From positions 73,904,001 through 73,968,000 of the forward strand of contig OZ024743.1 in NCBI GenBank assembly GCA_964016885.1: DNA of 64,000 nucleotides. The letters run 5' to 3'. Made by a program: the position numbers and the translations under genes. Below, in pieces: positions 13,697 to 27,054 of the stretch (position 1 is the stretch's first letter; each line of letters begins with the position of its first letter). The DNA comes from Eledone cirrhosa. Its lineage: Eukaryota. The notes under the pieces were generated by a model that worked only from the letters and a program-made list of their open reading frames with translations, was not told the origin of the DNA and did no database searches.

Positions 13697-15559
13697 ATGC
13701 TGAGCCACGCCCCCCCCCCCCCCCCCCCCTCAGCCCCAGCGATATGTCTGCTGTCGTGCGACAACGACGTAGAAGTTGAGAGGAGCGCTACGACGAAATT
13801 AACAGATATTGATAACACAAACACCACCACAAACAATGTAAACAGACACCAATGATACCAATGAGAACTCTAATTTTGAAAAAAATGACAGTAACAGCGA
13901 CAACGAAAATACAGATAACAAAAAAAAATTGACAAATGCAACAACAATATAAACACCACTAACGTGAAAACAAACAGCGACAACACCAACAGCAACAATA
14001 CGAACTGCACCGAGAACAATGGTGGCACCAAAGACAACAATGATAACAGCGACAGTGATAACAACAACACTAACAAGAACAACGACAACGACACCTCCAA
14101 CGACAACAAGAAGAACACTTTCGCTGCGGTAGCAGCAAAAAAGAGGCCATGCTTCAACATGGACCTCTCAAATAAAGATGAAAAGTTGGCCCAGGCATGG
14201 AAGCTCATCAAGCAAGAGCAAACCTGGGCCAAGTTAACTGTCCCGGTAGAAGCTATTGAGGCAGTGGAGCGGAGAACAGTGCATTATAGATGCATCTCAG
14301 CACAAACCAAAAGGGCAGCTTTAATCCCACAAGCAGATGTCGAAGTCACGCTGAGGTGCATCAGAAAAGACACCGAATACATAGCGAGGGGCAGATAATA
14401 CGGCACCATTTCGGTGCTGTTCAAGTCAGAAGCCCTCACTATGAAACACGCTATGACTCCTTGCAAAACCAGCAAAGTCATAATGTACCCCTCCCACATG
14501 GGAAAAAGAACGGCTCGTCTCCGCATTCCCAGAATCCCACCAGGACTTGACATGTGGTGGCTTCTGGGATGTGTGATTGTGGACGAGACGGATAACGTCC
14601 CGATAGAAGTGACCAGAACGGCCAGAGAGGACTGGTCCGGGGTTGACATGGAGATCCTTCTCCAGATCAGGCCCGAGAATGTGAAGACAATCCCGGACCA
14701 CATCCGCCTTCAGTATGGGACAGTCATTCATATTATGACCGAAGGCAAAAGACCGCATTGTTTTGTTTGTGGGGAAAAACCCCATTTGCGAGACTTCTGC
14801 TCTCAACTGCTGAAAGATGCAAGGGGTCGAAAGGCTCCACTGCTGCCGACGCCGAGGCGAGGACCACAACCAACACCAGCACCGGCAAAACCACCAACAA
14901 CAACACCAATAGAAAGACCACCACCAACTTACAGACACAGACCCCTCATCTACCAGTAGTGAAGATGAGGAAACACAAAAAGAAAAAAAAATCAACAAAG
15001 CACAAAATCACCCACAATAAAAAATGCAGACACCACCCACGCAAACATCTCTCCAATAACACCAACATCAACACCACCATCACCATCACCAGAATCCCCC
15101 AAACGCAAGCAACCTAAACAGACGCAAGAACAAATACACACAAACATCTGAAACCACAGACACCGCACTCACAACAAACACAGACACAACCGAAACAACA
15201 CCACCAAAACCATCACCACCACAGCCACGCAAACAAATAAAATCACACCAACAAAACATACAAATCTTCGTGCTCGTCAGGAGGGCCAACAAGGAACTGA
15301 TGGCCTTCGTAGCACGAAGTGAAAATATACAAAAAGAGGGGAAATTTTTAAATCGAGTACATTTCGCGTGCCGGAAGATTTGTTTCTGGTGCGAATGTCG
15401 CTCGATTTATACAAAGAAATACGAGACAGCTTTCCGCGGGACGTGGGAACCCCGAACGTAAAACCCATTTCAAAACTTCTAAAGGGGTTCCCAAAAGAAA
15501 CCCCACCAACTATGGAGGTCGAACCATCCGACCTTCACAAGAGCCCGGAATGTAAGTAA
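13697..15559 (+). pseudogene. Disrupted ORF1 (Asn/Thr-rich N-terminus, gag-like zinc knuckle) of the Tx1/L1 LINE
   Basis: ORF pieces 13964-14398 and 14414-14959 contain CX2CX4HX4C and lie directly upstream of the APE ORF. Confidence 0.7.
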
Positions 15560-15591
15560 ACCTTTCCTCTCTCTCTTTTTAACCTGCCAAC

Positions 15592-18200
15592 ATGGCCGTA
15601 ATAAGAGTAGGGAGTTTAAATGTTCGAGGCCTGGGATCGTCCTGGAAGCAGGGTCACCTGGTCAACGACCTCAGGTCTCTAGAAATGGATGTAATTGCCG
15701 TCAGCGAGACCAGGATTTCCGACACGCGCGCACTATCCCCAATTTTCGACGACTATCAGATCTTTGCATCTGTTAGCCGGCCGGGAACGGGAGGCGGGGT
15801 GGCAGTGCTGATTAGGAAAGGCCTGGATCTCGAGGTAAGGTCGATCTTCCGGGACCCGGACAGGAAGTTAGTGGTCCTGGACGTGAACAATAACGAAGGT
15901 GGTGCCTTTAGACTGGTGGCCGTCTATGCCCCTACTGGGGCAGGACGGCCGGACTTCTTTAGACGCCTGGAAGCCTTTCTGGGTACGTCTCGCCCTTTAC
16001 TGTTAGCGGGGGACTGGAACGGCATCTTAGACGCACGCTGGGACTGTGTGGGAGTATCCGATAGGAGCGGGGGGGGGGGGTAAAAGCTATAAGAACCTGT
16101 TCAGCCAGTTCCAACTGTCTGACAGGTACCGACTAGATTTCCCTAATGCGCCAGTGTAGACCTGGACTAACCGCATAGGGTCATCTAGGCGACCACTGAT
16201 CTAGATCGTATATAGACAGGATATTCATTAGGAAAATAGACAGAAATAGTGTAAGCTGTCCACGTTTTGAAACGGTCGCCTATTCAGATCACAAGTGTGT
16301 GATCTGTATGGTCGACCTAGATAAGACGCGTAGGTTAGGACCGGGTTACTGGAAGCTAAACATGTCATTTCCGGCACGTAAGGCTTATTGGGACCAGGTC
16401 AACAATTTAGTTAAGAAAAAGTTGACAGGGGTAGTCGTCAACAATAGATGGTGGGGGGCTCTCAAAAGAGAGATTAGAGTAATGTTGATAGAGTTTAGCA
16501 AAGAAGTAGCGTTAGAGAAAAATAGAAAGGAGGGGGAGTTGGTAGATAAGTTAGACGAGGCTATTGGTAGTGGCATTGCAACTGATGTGCTAGCGGCGAG
16601 ACAATTTCAGGCCCATAATTCTGCTCAACACTAAGTTTAAAATTTTGGCCAGGGTGTTAGCCAAGAGGTTGGCGCTTGTCATCGGGGATTTGGTTGGGGA
16701 GGCGCAAACTTGCGCAATCCCAACCAGGTTCATACACGACAACCTCCACCTAATGCGATACATAATAGAGAGGGTAGGGTGTAAACCTGGCTTCGGTGGG
16801 ACTCTGATCAATTTAGATCAATCGAAAGCATTCGATAGGGTCGACCATCGGTATTTGGAGGCTGTCCTCAAGGCGGCTGGCTTCGGCCCCGTCTTCAGAA
16901 GCTGGATCGCTGCAATACACAGCGGCACCTGCTCGGTGGTCGGAAACTTATTGAAGGAATATGAAAGGTTGACGGGAGCAAAAATTAACCCGGAAAAGTC
17001 GGTGGGCTTGCAACTCGGCTCCCGGAGATGCAAGTCCATGCCGTCCAACAGCGTCGTTAGGCGCTGGACGGACGGACCGGTAAAGTTGCTAGGGGTTTGG
17101 TTCGGGCCAGACCTCCAGGTGGATAAGAATTCGGACGAAGTGACGGGCAGGGTAGCCAGTCTCACCCAGAAATGGGCTGGGAGGAAGCTACCACTGAAAG
17201 GTCGGGCGGAGGTGGCGAAAGCGTGCATCGCGTCCGTCATCTACTACCGTCTGACTGTCGTCCCTTGCCCCCGTTCACGCCTCGCCCTCTTGGAGCGGCT
17301 CCTCTTCAAATTCTTGTGGAGGGGTCAGGTTCCGCTGATAAGGCGGTCCATCTGCTGCCAGCACCCTCTACGTGGAGGGCTGAGAATGCCGTGGCTAATG
17401 ATGCGCAGACACCTGCTGAGGCTGCGGCATCTCCAGATATTCTGCCTAAACGGTGAACAGGTGTGGTCGCCGTTTGTCAGGCGGGCCTTTCCGCAGTTCG
17501 TTTCTTTGACTGAGCTGCCTTCCTGGGTCAAGAAGAAACCGATACCGGGTGACTGGCATCTGGAATGTTGCCAGGCACTCACTGCCCTCTATCAGGCGGG
17601 CAATGCGGTCAGTGAAACTTCCACTGTCGAGTTCTATAGAGGATTAGTGGTGGGAAAGTGCGACGACGCACTCAGAGAGGCTCTGGGAGTTGACGAAGTC
17701 GAACTAACCAGTCTGTACCGCAGGATTTTCGAGCCGGGTACGATGGATAATTTCCAAAAATCCCTCGCTTGGCAGTGCTACCGGGGGGCACTGCCGGTTC
17801 GAGATGAACTCTACAGGCACGGAAGTGCTGTCAGACGGACCTGCCCGAGATGCGCGCAGAGCGACGAAACCGTTCTGCACGCATTCGTCCAGTGTCCGTG
17901 CATTACTGACTTGTGGAGTTATCTCGAACAGCTGTTGTTGCGTGTAGAACGGATCCGGCTATCGGCCGAGTCCATAGTGAAGATCGACCTGCCGCCTTCT
18001 TTTGGCCAGGAAGGGCAGGCAATTTTCCTCTGTTTGGTGGCAGCAGTAGCGAAAGAGATTATATGGTGGACGAGGTTGAAAGGACTGAAGACAGACACTT
18101 TTCTCTTCGACCAATCCTCATCAACTTTTTCAAGTTTCACTTGGAAAGGAAGGTGAGGGTGGAGAGAGAAGTGCTGCCCCCTAGTACATTTGCCTGAAAG
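15592..18200 (+). pseudogene. Disrupted ORF2 (APE endonuclease, RT, zinc finger) of the Tx1/L1 LINE
   Basis: ORFs 15592-16083, 16299-16634 and 16645-18156. The QG and YADD motifs are absent because of a deletion near 16940. Confidence 0.88.
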
Positions 18201-18557
18201 GTGGGTGAATGTGGCGAGAATGGCACGTGTGGGCCTACTCTGGTCATGCGGCTGTAGGTGGGTAAATTTGAGGAGGAGTGGCGTGCCCTTTCAGGGTGTT
18301 CTCGAAGCGTTGGGTCGTTCAGGATTAGTGGGGTACCTGAGCGAACCCTGGGTGGTCATCCCTCCTATTGGGGAATTTTTCTTGTATTTTTCTTGTTACT
18401 TTGTTATTGTTATTCCTATTATTTACTCGATTTATCTGTAAAACCCCACTGTCCCAGTTTTTTGTATTGTCCCCTATATGTCGACCCTTGTGGCCAATAA
18501 ATGAAATCATTATTATGTACTGGGTAATTGCTGGCCTTGTGCCTAAAGTAGAAACAA

Positions 18558-18588
<31 letters not shown>

Positions 18589-19208
18589 TGTCATCGTTAT
18601 TATTGTTAATAATTCGAATTTTTCAGATTCAATAAATTTCTCTGCTGTACTTTCCCGGTTTACGTAATGTCTCTTAATATACATCAATTGATATAGCATG
18701 GCCGTATGGTTTGGAAGTTTATTTCTCTATCATTAGGTCAAGGTTTCGATCCCACTGCACCACATCATGGATAAGTGTTATTTAACCATAGTTTAGTTTC
18801 GATTCGTGTTTTATGAGTTTCTCTGAAAATTGCATTAATAATACACGTGTCTGTGGAATAGAATCCTTAACTATTCTCACGTAAATTCAATGAGAAAGTT
18901 GTTCCATTGATTGGACAATTAGAACATCGTCGAAATAGACGGAGGACCATTTCATTCCATTCAATGCACTATTGTTAGAAATATTCACCTTACTAATTCC
19001 ATGTAATGAATGTCGGTATAGTATTAGTTTGTACTTGTACTTGTGGTGGTGTTCACCCGGGGTGGCTTGAGCCAGTTCCATCGAAGGAATTCACGGTGTA
19101 AGCTCACATCAATGAAATCTCAGTATTGTCGTTATGAAAGTTTGAAATATTCTATATAAATTCCAGTCGCAATAATGTGTACATATTATATTTTATTTTT
19201 ATTATTAA

Positions 19209-20780
19209 CTAGCAGAAGAACCACCCTTCGAGCGGTTTTCTGCATATTGATATACGCAAATGTATATGCTCATAGATATGATACGTAAATTGACAATATG
19301 CACATACACTGAACAAAGACCTTGTTACACTTACTTCTGTAATCAGTAAAGTAATGCATAAAAAAAAGGCGATAATGAAGATGGAAAAGCGATGAAACCG
19401 TTGACGGAAAATGTTCATGAATCTTCTCTTGAGTATGTCGATGGGAAGCTTCAAGCAGTGAATTTGAAAATAGATGCTGCTGGTATGAATGAATGAATTA
19501 CATTTACCAATATGAAGAGTTGACCTTCGCTATATTGTTGTTTTACTGAATTCACATATAGACTTCTTAAGTTTTTGTAGTGTGCCTTTTCTAGCAGTCA
19601 AAATGAAACTGAAACGCATTTCAACTAAAAGAGAGTGATAGCTATTTCACATGACTGTGGAATTTCTTTGTAGACACAGTTGTCAGTAAACAAATCCCTT
19701 ACATTTAATATTTTTATATTTTCCTTTTTTGCAACTCGTGATAATGCAACATACATCTAACCCTGTGATGAGAATTGTGTTGGTAGATATACACCTATCT
19801 TTTCAAATGTCTGCCCTTCTGCCTTGTTGCATGTAAGGGCAAAGGCTGGTTTGACAGGAAATTGCTTGTGAGTAAAGGCGAAAGGGAAATCAAGCTCATG
19901 AGATACATATGGTATCCTTGGGATTATCAGCCTTGTTCCAGCATTGGGGCTCAATGCCACTTCACATTCAATTACATGATTATGTAAACTGATGATGATG
20001 TAGCCTGTACCATTGCAATGCCCGTTTAGAGGATCCGGATTTCTCAGAAGCATGATGCAACTCCCTTTCTTCAGTTTAAGTATGTGTGTTGGGAAGCCTG
20101 ATGGGGTAAGTTTGTTAATGAACTCGATTGGATATTGCAGTTCATTATCTACTGTATGAGAGCTTCTCTAGATTATTTCATGACCAGGGAAGTTGTTGAC
20201 CATGAACTCATTCACCAATATTGCTGCATCATTTGTTGGAGTGATAATGGCTCTATTTGCAAGCCATAGTGGGTTTGTGTAGTTTCCTGGAATATTTGTA
20301 TACACAAAATCACGCATTCCAGACACATTACCATATTCCAGACAAAGTTCATTTGGCAGAAGAATTGTGAATGCACCTACAGTTGGTACAATTGGAATGT
20401 TACCATTTCCCACATCAAGAAGGTAGTTTACAAACTGTCTATCATCAGAATTCTCTGCATTAATTAACCGTTGATTGGTTGTCATCTCCATGGCTTCTAC
20501 ATAGTCTTAGAGATAGGATCTCTTGATGGTTGCCTCAATTATTTTAGGTCTAGCACCATGACGTACAACTGGAAGAATTTGCTTCTAGTCACCAGATAGT
20601 AATACTGTTAGACCACCAAATGGCTTTTTGCAATCTCGAACATCTTTGAAGCTCCTGTCAAGGCATTCAAAGATATGCTTATGTCCCATACTTATCTCGT
20701 CAATGATTAGCAGGTCACCTTGCTGCATAAGTTTACCTGTGGCATCCCTCTTTGTCAAGAAGTAAGTTGATTTCTCACTT
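19209..20780 (-). mobile_element. Helitron 3' remnant with a PIF1-like helicase pseudogene and an intact 3' terminus
   Basis: IIDEISMG, PFGGLTVLLSGD, RAIITPTN, MLLRN...NGT, QFPVKPAFALTCNKAEGQT, YVALSRV. The minus strand ends with hairpin aaccgctc-gaa-gggtggtt followed by CTAG|T (19209-19212). Confidence 0.9.
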
Positions 20781-20781
20781 A

Positions 20782-21247
20782 GGGCGGTGGATTAGCAGTA
20801 CCCGGTTGAGCGACGGATCACATGCTTCGTGACATACAGTTATGACCCTTTACGTTCTGAGCTCAAATCATCCCGCCGTGGTTAGCTTTTCCTTTCATCA
20901 TTACGGGGTCGATAAAATAAAATACCAGTAATGCACTAAGGTCGATCTGATCGACTTCCCCCTCCCCTTCAAATTGCTCACCTTGTGCCTAAAGTAGAAA
21001 CAATTATTAATTTCTCACTTAAGGGCGATGGATTGGCGGTAATTAGTAGACCGATGGATAAAATGCTTTGCAACAGAGTGTTACGGCCCTTTACGTTCTG
21101 AGTTCAAATCCCGCCGAAGTTAATTATACTTTTCATCCTTACAGGGTCGATAAAATAATGTAATATTAACGCACTGGGGTCGAGTGAATATACTTTCCTT
21201 CCCCAATTATTGTTGGTTTGGTGCCTAAATCAGAAACAATTATTAAT
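20782..21247 (+). mobile_element. Two tandem SINE family 1 copies (20782-21010 and 21023-21247)
   Basis: Each has a gggcg head, A/B boxes, the core and a tgtgcctaaa..agaaacaattatt end. atttctcac occurs before, between and after them. Confidence 0.85.
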
Positions 21248-21499
21248 TTCTCACGAATGGAGAGGGAGAGGGAGAGAGAGAGGAGGGAGGGAGGAGGAGG
21301 TAGTGAGGGAGAGAAATGGGGTGGCGAGGGAGAGAGAGGGGGAGGTGGCGAGGGAGAGAGTAACTTTCTAATAGAGAGATAAAACTCTTTCGTTGGAATT
21401 TCGACATCAACAAGGTAATTATGTATGTATGTGTTTGTGGTTGGAAGACCCTGCTTGTGTGGGTATGTATGTTTTGAGTTAGGTGTGTAGATATACATG

Positions 21500-21675
21500 T
21501 TTCTATATCTGGTTTTGTGAAGCTCAGATTCTCAAGATTTATACTGAGACAGTTAATAACATATCCCAGAGCCCCAATAATCTCAGGTATAAATCTGAAG
21601 GTATAGTCAGGGTGGAGTATCTGCAGGTTCGTCATTAGTTCAGCATAAATATTCTCCTTTTCGGTAATCATTAGT
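21500..21675 (-). mobile_element. RLE-LINE C-terminal fragment
   Basis: KENIYAELMTNLQILHPDYTFRFIPEIIGALG resembles an RLE C-terminus. Confidence 0.55.
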
Positions 21676-21703
21676 ATTTATATATGTATGCAGGCATTTA
21701 TAC

Positions 21704-21754
<51 letters not shown>

Positions 21755-21760
21755 TGTATA

Positions 21761-21795
<35 letters not shown>

Positions 21796-22515
21796 CGGTG
21801 ATCACTTTAGAAACTTTAGTCCTAAATTGGGGAGTCTCTTGAAAAGCTCCAAGTCTCATGGATAATACTAAGATTGGACATATCCACAAAGTACGAGCGA
21901 AACTATCGATAGTCGGGACTAGAAGAATTTTGGTAAAGTTTATCTATATTTTTTCTTCAAACTTTCATTTTAGACTTAGTTCCGTCTAATTGATTATTTG
22001 TCTAGTTAATTTCAACGGACTAAGAGGAAAGACTGGATAAATTTTATCTGACTGTTTCTCACAGAGAAATTGACATTTATCTGTTATTTCTTCAAAGTTA
22101 CATTTTAAACTTAGCTCCGTTTAAATGATTATTTATCTGGTTGTTTTCTACGGACCAGGGTGAAGAAAAATTGAATATATTTTGTCTGACTATTCTTCAA
22201 ACTTATAATTTTATATATATATATATACAGGAGCCGACCGGCGAACAAACATCAACACATTCGGCCGTCCACTGTATCACGAAAATAAAATTGTTTTGGG
22301 GTAGTTTTTAATGATTTCAAACACTTTTAAAGGGTTTTCTGCCGTCTGAAGAGCTCAGGCTATCATAGTTAGTAGCCCTCAACGAAATACGTGTAACAGA
22401 GAGTTAAATAAACCTAATTCAACTGCTCATGGCCTGCGATATTTTTAATAATAACAATTTTATATATATATTAGGTAGTAACATGTAATAGAATTATATA
22501 TATATATATTTATAT

Positions 22516-23122
22516 ATATATATATATAAATATATAACGAAGGAATTGTGGTAAGGAACCAGATGGACCATAACGCACCAAAGTACTCAATACTTAGCGT
22601 AGTAGAGTGGGTAATAGGAACAAGTATGACCCCGACGGCAGAGCTCAAGCCGTTTCGACAGCTATACCAATGAGAAATTTGGTGATTGTAGAAGTGGAGT
22701 AGTAACCAGAAATTGTTTTTATATATTTATTTCCTTATTTTTATAATGGGTTTTTTTTTTCTTACTCCCTTTCGATTTACCTATTCTTTCACACACCCCT
22801 CCTCTTCTCCAGTACACTTTTTTCGACCTTTTTACGTTATCCTTAGAATCTGCTGTATAGATTTCAATTTCAACGCTTCACTGGGTTTCTCCCACTCCCT
22901 CTTTGTTCTACGGCAAGTTCAGCCAACCCTACCTCCCACCAATTGTCATGATCTGTCTTTACAACAAATTTTTGACCAACCCTCTTGACAATTACTATCT
23001 TCCCATATAAAGTAATACCCCCTGAGAAGTTCGGCTATTTATTTACCAGGCTAAAAATTCTTATTTAGTTCAGAAATAGCTGTCGAAACGGCTTGAGCTC
23101 TGCCGTCGGGTTCATACTTGTT

Positions 23123-23126
<4 letters not shown>
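22516..23126. mobile_element. Fold-back PLE family A 3'-end insertion (short minus arm with tail, longer plus arm without tail) in (TA)n
   Basis: 22516-22665 is the reverse complement of about 40595-40722. 22666-23126 matches about 40188-40645. Confidence 0.85.
23017..23112 (+). ncRNA. Type I hammerhead-like ribozyme, family A (core CTGAGAA)
   Basis: acccc-CTGAGAA-stem II (cggctatt/aatagctg)-GAAA-cggc..gccg-TC-ggg. Confidence 0.65.
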
Positions 23127-23196
<70 letters not shown>

Positions 23197-23201
<5 letters not shown>

Positions 23202-25505
23202 AGGATGAATATAAAATGAAAGTGCTTTTGTTAAAAAAGGAATTTATTAGGTATTGACATATGTTTCTGTAACAGACCGAATACCTATGTATCGCTGCTT
23301 GCGTAATCATATAATGTTAGCAAGTATTCGATAGCAAATGTATAATCAGTTGTCACTTCTTCAGAGATTTTGGATAAACTGGATAAAATCAGAAAAATTG
23401 AAGTATTTATATTAGTAAAAGAGGAAGGAACAGAGGGGATAGAATATGACAGATGGTAAAATAATTTACTGCTAAACAAGTATATAATGGGTTTTTAATG
23501 AGAATACCATGAGTAAATCTAAATAAGAATTTTGGGGGTGCCGATTTTAATCTCTACTTGACCAACTGGACAGTGGACAGGGCTGGTCATTTGGTGCAGT
23601 AGTATTAATCATAAAGTGTCAATTGGGGAAGGGGGAGATTTCGATTGCTACTAAATAACATCAATGCTAGTGGTCAGCTGGTATTTGCTCTAGGGAATTG
23701 AATCAAAAAATCAGAAATCTCATTTTATCTATAGCAGTTTGTATTAAAAGGTAAATAATAGAAGAGTTGATAGAATTAAGACTAATAAAGAATGTTCATA
23801 TCTATTTTGACAATCAAACGGGGATAGAGACAGGCGTTCAATCCTGGTAGTATTTATAATATGAAAATGTAGATTTTAAGCGATGGTTACAGTATAACGA
23901 TCGCTCTATTCTGTTATTTAATAAAATGTTTTTGGATTTCATAATACAAAATAATTCTACATTACATAATCTACAAAATTCCTGTCCATTGGAATATGGG
24001 GGGGCAGTCGCTATTATATCCCATTTTAGGTGAAATTGTTGGTTATTTTCACGCAGCTGCCAAGCCTTGTCTGCGAGTGTTGTTACATAACGCTGGTTTT
24101 CATGTTTTATCGAATAACGATGTCTATAAAGGCGTGATTTAAAGGAGGTGGCTGTAGATCCCACATAGTACCACTTCTGTCTATCCGATTCGATAGTACA
24201 TTTGTATACGATGTTGCGTTCAAGACACTGGTTGTTCAACGGACACATTCCTGGTTGGACACAGTTGCAATTACAATTTTGCGTTGTTGTATTGCCATGG
24301 CAATACAACAACGCAAAATTGTAATTGCAACTGTGTCCAACCAGGAATGTGTCCGTTGAACAACCAGTGTCTTGAACGCAACATCGTATACAAATGTACT
24401 ATCGAATCGGATAGACAGAAGTGGTACTATGTGGGATCTACAGCCACCTCCTTTAAATCACGCCTTTATAGACATCGTTATTCGATAAAACATGAAAACC
24501 AGCGTTATGTAACAACACTCGCAGACAAGGCTTGGCAGCTGCGTGAAAATAACCAACAATTTCACCTAAAATGGGATATAATAGCGACTGCCCCCCCATA
24601 TTCCAATGGACAGGAATTTTGTAGATTATGTAATGTAGAATTATTTTGTATTATGAAATCCAAAAACATTTTATTAAATAACAGAATAGAGCGATCGTTA
24701 TACTGTAACCATCGCTTAAAATCTACATTTTCATATTATAAATACTACCAGGATTGAACGCCTGTCTCTATCCCCGTTTGATTGTCAAAATAGATATGAA
24801 CATTCTTTATTAGTCTTAATTCTATCAACTCTTCTATTATTTACCTTTTAATACAAACTGCTATAGATAAAATGAGATTTCTGATTTTTTGATTCAATTC
24901 CCTAGAGCAAATACCAGCTGACCACTAGCATTGATGTTATTTAGTAGCAATCGAAATCTCCCCCTTCCCCAATTGACACTTTATGATTAATACTACTGCA
25001 CCAAATGACCAGCCCTGTCCACTGTCCAGTTGGTCAAGTAGAGATTAAAATCGGCACCCCCAAAATTCTTATTTAGATTTACTCATGGTATTCTCATTAA
25101 AAACCCATTATATACTTGTTTAGCAGTAAATTATTTTACCATCTGTCATATTCTATCCCCTCTGTTCCTTCCTCTTTTACTAATATAAATACTTCAATTT
25201 TTCTGATTTTATCCAGTTTATCCAAAATCTCTGAAGAAGTGACAACTGATTATACATTTGCTATCGAATACTTGCTAACATTATATGATTACGCAAGCAG
25301 CGATACATAGGTATTCGGTCTGTTACAGAAACATATGTCAATACCTAATAAATTCCTTTTTTAACAAAAGCACTTTCATTTTATATTCATCCTTTCTACA
25401 TTTCTCCGGAATATAATTTATACTCGTTGAGCAAACCTGCACGTACGCTGTTCATCTCTAACGTAACGATATATTATCACTACATTATTGATAACCTGAA
25501 ATTTT
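23197..25505. mobile_element. 2.2-kb palindromic Naiad-type PLE 3'-end insertion (centre 24297/24298), plus a ~105-nt tail on the right
   Basis: Identical ORFs at mirror coordinates (23838-24311 minus, 24284-24757 plus). Arms span 23197-25398. (TA)n on both sides. Confidence 0.92.
24298..24757 (+). pseudogene. GIY-YIG endonuclease domain of a Naiad-type Penelope-like element (5'-truncated; mirrored on the minus strand)
   Basis: CNCxxxxxCPL, NIVY...YVGST..FKSR, CRLCxxE, LLN..E...CNH. Confidence 0.88.
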
Positions 25506-25710
25506 ATATATATATATATATATATATATTAATAAAAAACAATGAATAAAAACAAAGAACAAGTTCCTTATATTAAAAAATTCATCATTTTACGCTCGTT
25601 TCTAGGATATATATTTGTGTTGGTATATATATCATATAGATCTATGTAAACATATTACAAACTATCAGAGGAAATATACATACCTTCACATATATATGCT
25701 GTCTTCAGAA

Positions 25711-25898
25711 ATAATTGTTTCTACTTTTGGCACAAGGCCAGCAATTACCCAGTGCATTACTGGTTCTTTATTTTATCGACCCCGTAAGGATGAAAGGCAA
25801 AGTTAACCTCGCCGGGATTTGAACTCAGATTGGAAAGGGCCGTAACTCTATGCATCAAAGCATAGCGTCCGACCCTCTACCGATACTGCCAATCCACC
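25711..25898 (-). mobile_element. tRNA-derived SINE (family 1)
   Basis: Reverse complement of the 27442 copy. Confidence 0.9.
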
Positions 25899-26256
25899 AG
25901 AAATAATGATATTTGTTTATTGAAAAGAAAACAACAAAGATTTAATATAATAGGTCTGTTTGGGAACAGGTTTTGAATTGACCAATAGAAAAGTAGTAAG
26001 AGGTCAAGTTGATAGAATAGTAGTAGTAAAAATTTAATTTAGGAGTAGAGGAATGCAGATTTAAGTTTTGAATGAAAAGAATACTTTGAATGAAAAGAAT
26101 ACTTTGGGGATGAAAAGAGGTCAAGCCGGTGAAGAATACACGAAAATATGATGTTATTAAAGAATAATGTTAATGTTAAAACCGAAGGAGAGTAAAATTT
26201 TAGGGTAAAGGTATTAGTGAGAAATACCAATCTTATTTTGAGATAGAATGCCCGTG

Positions 26257-26577
26257 AATTTTGCTCTAATCTGATCAGTTTTGGAAATTCTTCCTGTTTT
26301 ATGTGAAAAAAGTGGCTTGGGAGGTATTAAGATTTGGTTGTTTGTTGAATGTCACGTGAATAAGCACTATAAAATTCGCCCCAATTCGTGTTGCAAACAT
26401 TCTTGTAGTCAAAATAATTTTGATTGGTCGGTAGAAGTCACGTAAATGTTTAAATAGATTTTAGCGCGAACTGGTTTCGCGTCAAATGTAGGTTTGTCGA
26501 AGAGTGTCCTTTTCCGCTTAATTGAGTTGCAGTCATGTTGAGAGGTCAACAGTTGAGGTGTCTATTGAGACAAATAT

Positions 26578-26615
<38 letters not shown>

Positions 26616-26770
26616 GTGTGTGTGTGTGTATATAGCAAAGTGGTTTATTGTTGTGATAATGGAAATGAATCGGTCAGTAGGAATGTGTGTGTACGTGTGT
26701 GTGTGTGTGTTGGGAGGGGGGTTATTTTAACATGTTGAAACATATTTTTCAGCTCTTGTCTTACACGAAG

Positions 26771-26815
<45 letters not shown>

Positions 26816-26996
26816 TGTGTGTGTGTCTGTCTGTCTGTATCTTAGTGTACGCGTGTACATGTGTGTGGATGGACCAGTATTTTTGTGGCACTGGTAAAAA
26901 TGGCGTACATTATTCGATATTTTCAGTCATTTACAAATTCCTCACACATTCCTACTGACCGATTCATTTCCATTATCACAACAATGAACCACTTTG

Positions 26997-27054
<58 letters not shown>

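Larger units (their letters stand above)
13482..18507 (+). mobile_element. Tx1/L1-clade LINE, near full length but decayed, with two internal deletions in ORF2
   Basis: ORF1 fragments with CCHC knuckle CFVCGEKPHLRDFC. APE motifs GSLNVRGL, SET, VYAP, LAGDWN, SDH, WKLN. RT LDQSKAFDRVDH. C-terminal CPRC...ETVLHAFVQC. AATAAA at the 3' end. (ATT)n lies 5' of it. Confidence 0.88.

Noticed and set aside
19757-20760. Host PIF1 helicase gene
   Set aside because: Intronless, contains stops, and is followed by a Helitron 3' hairpin plus CTAG.
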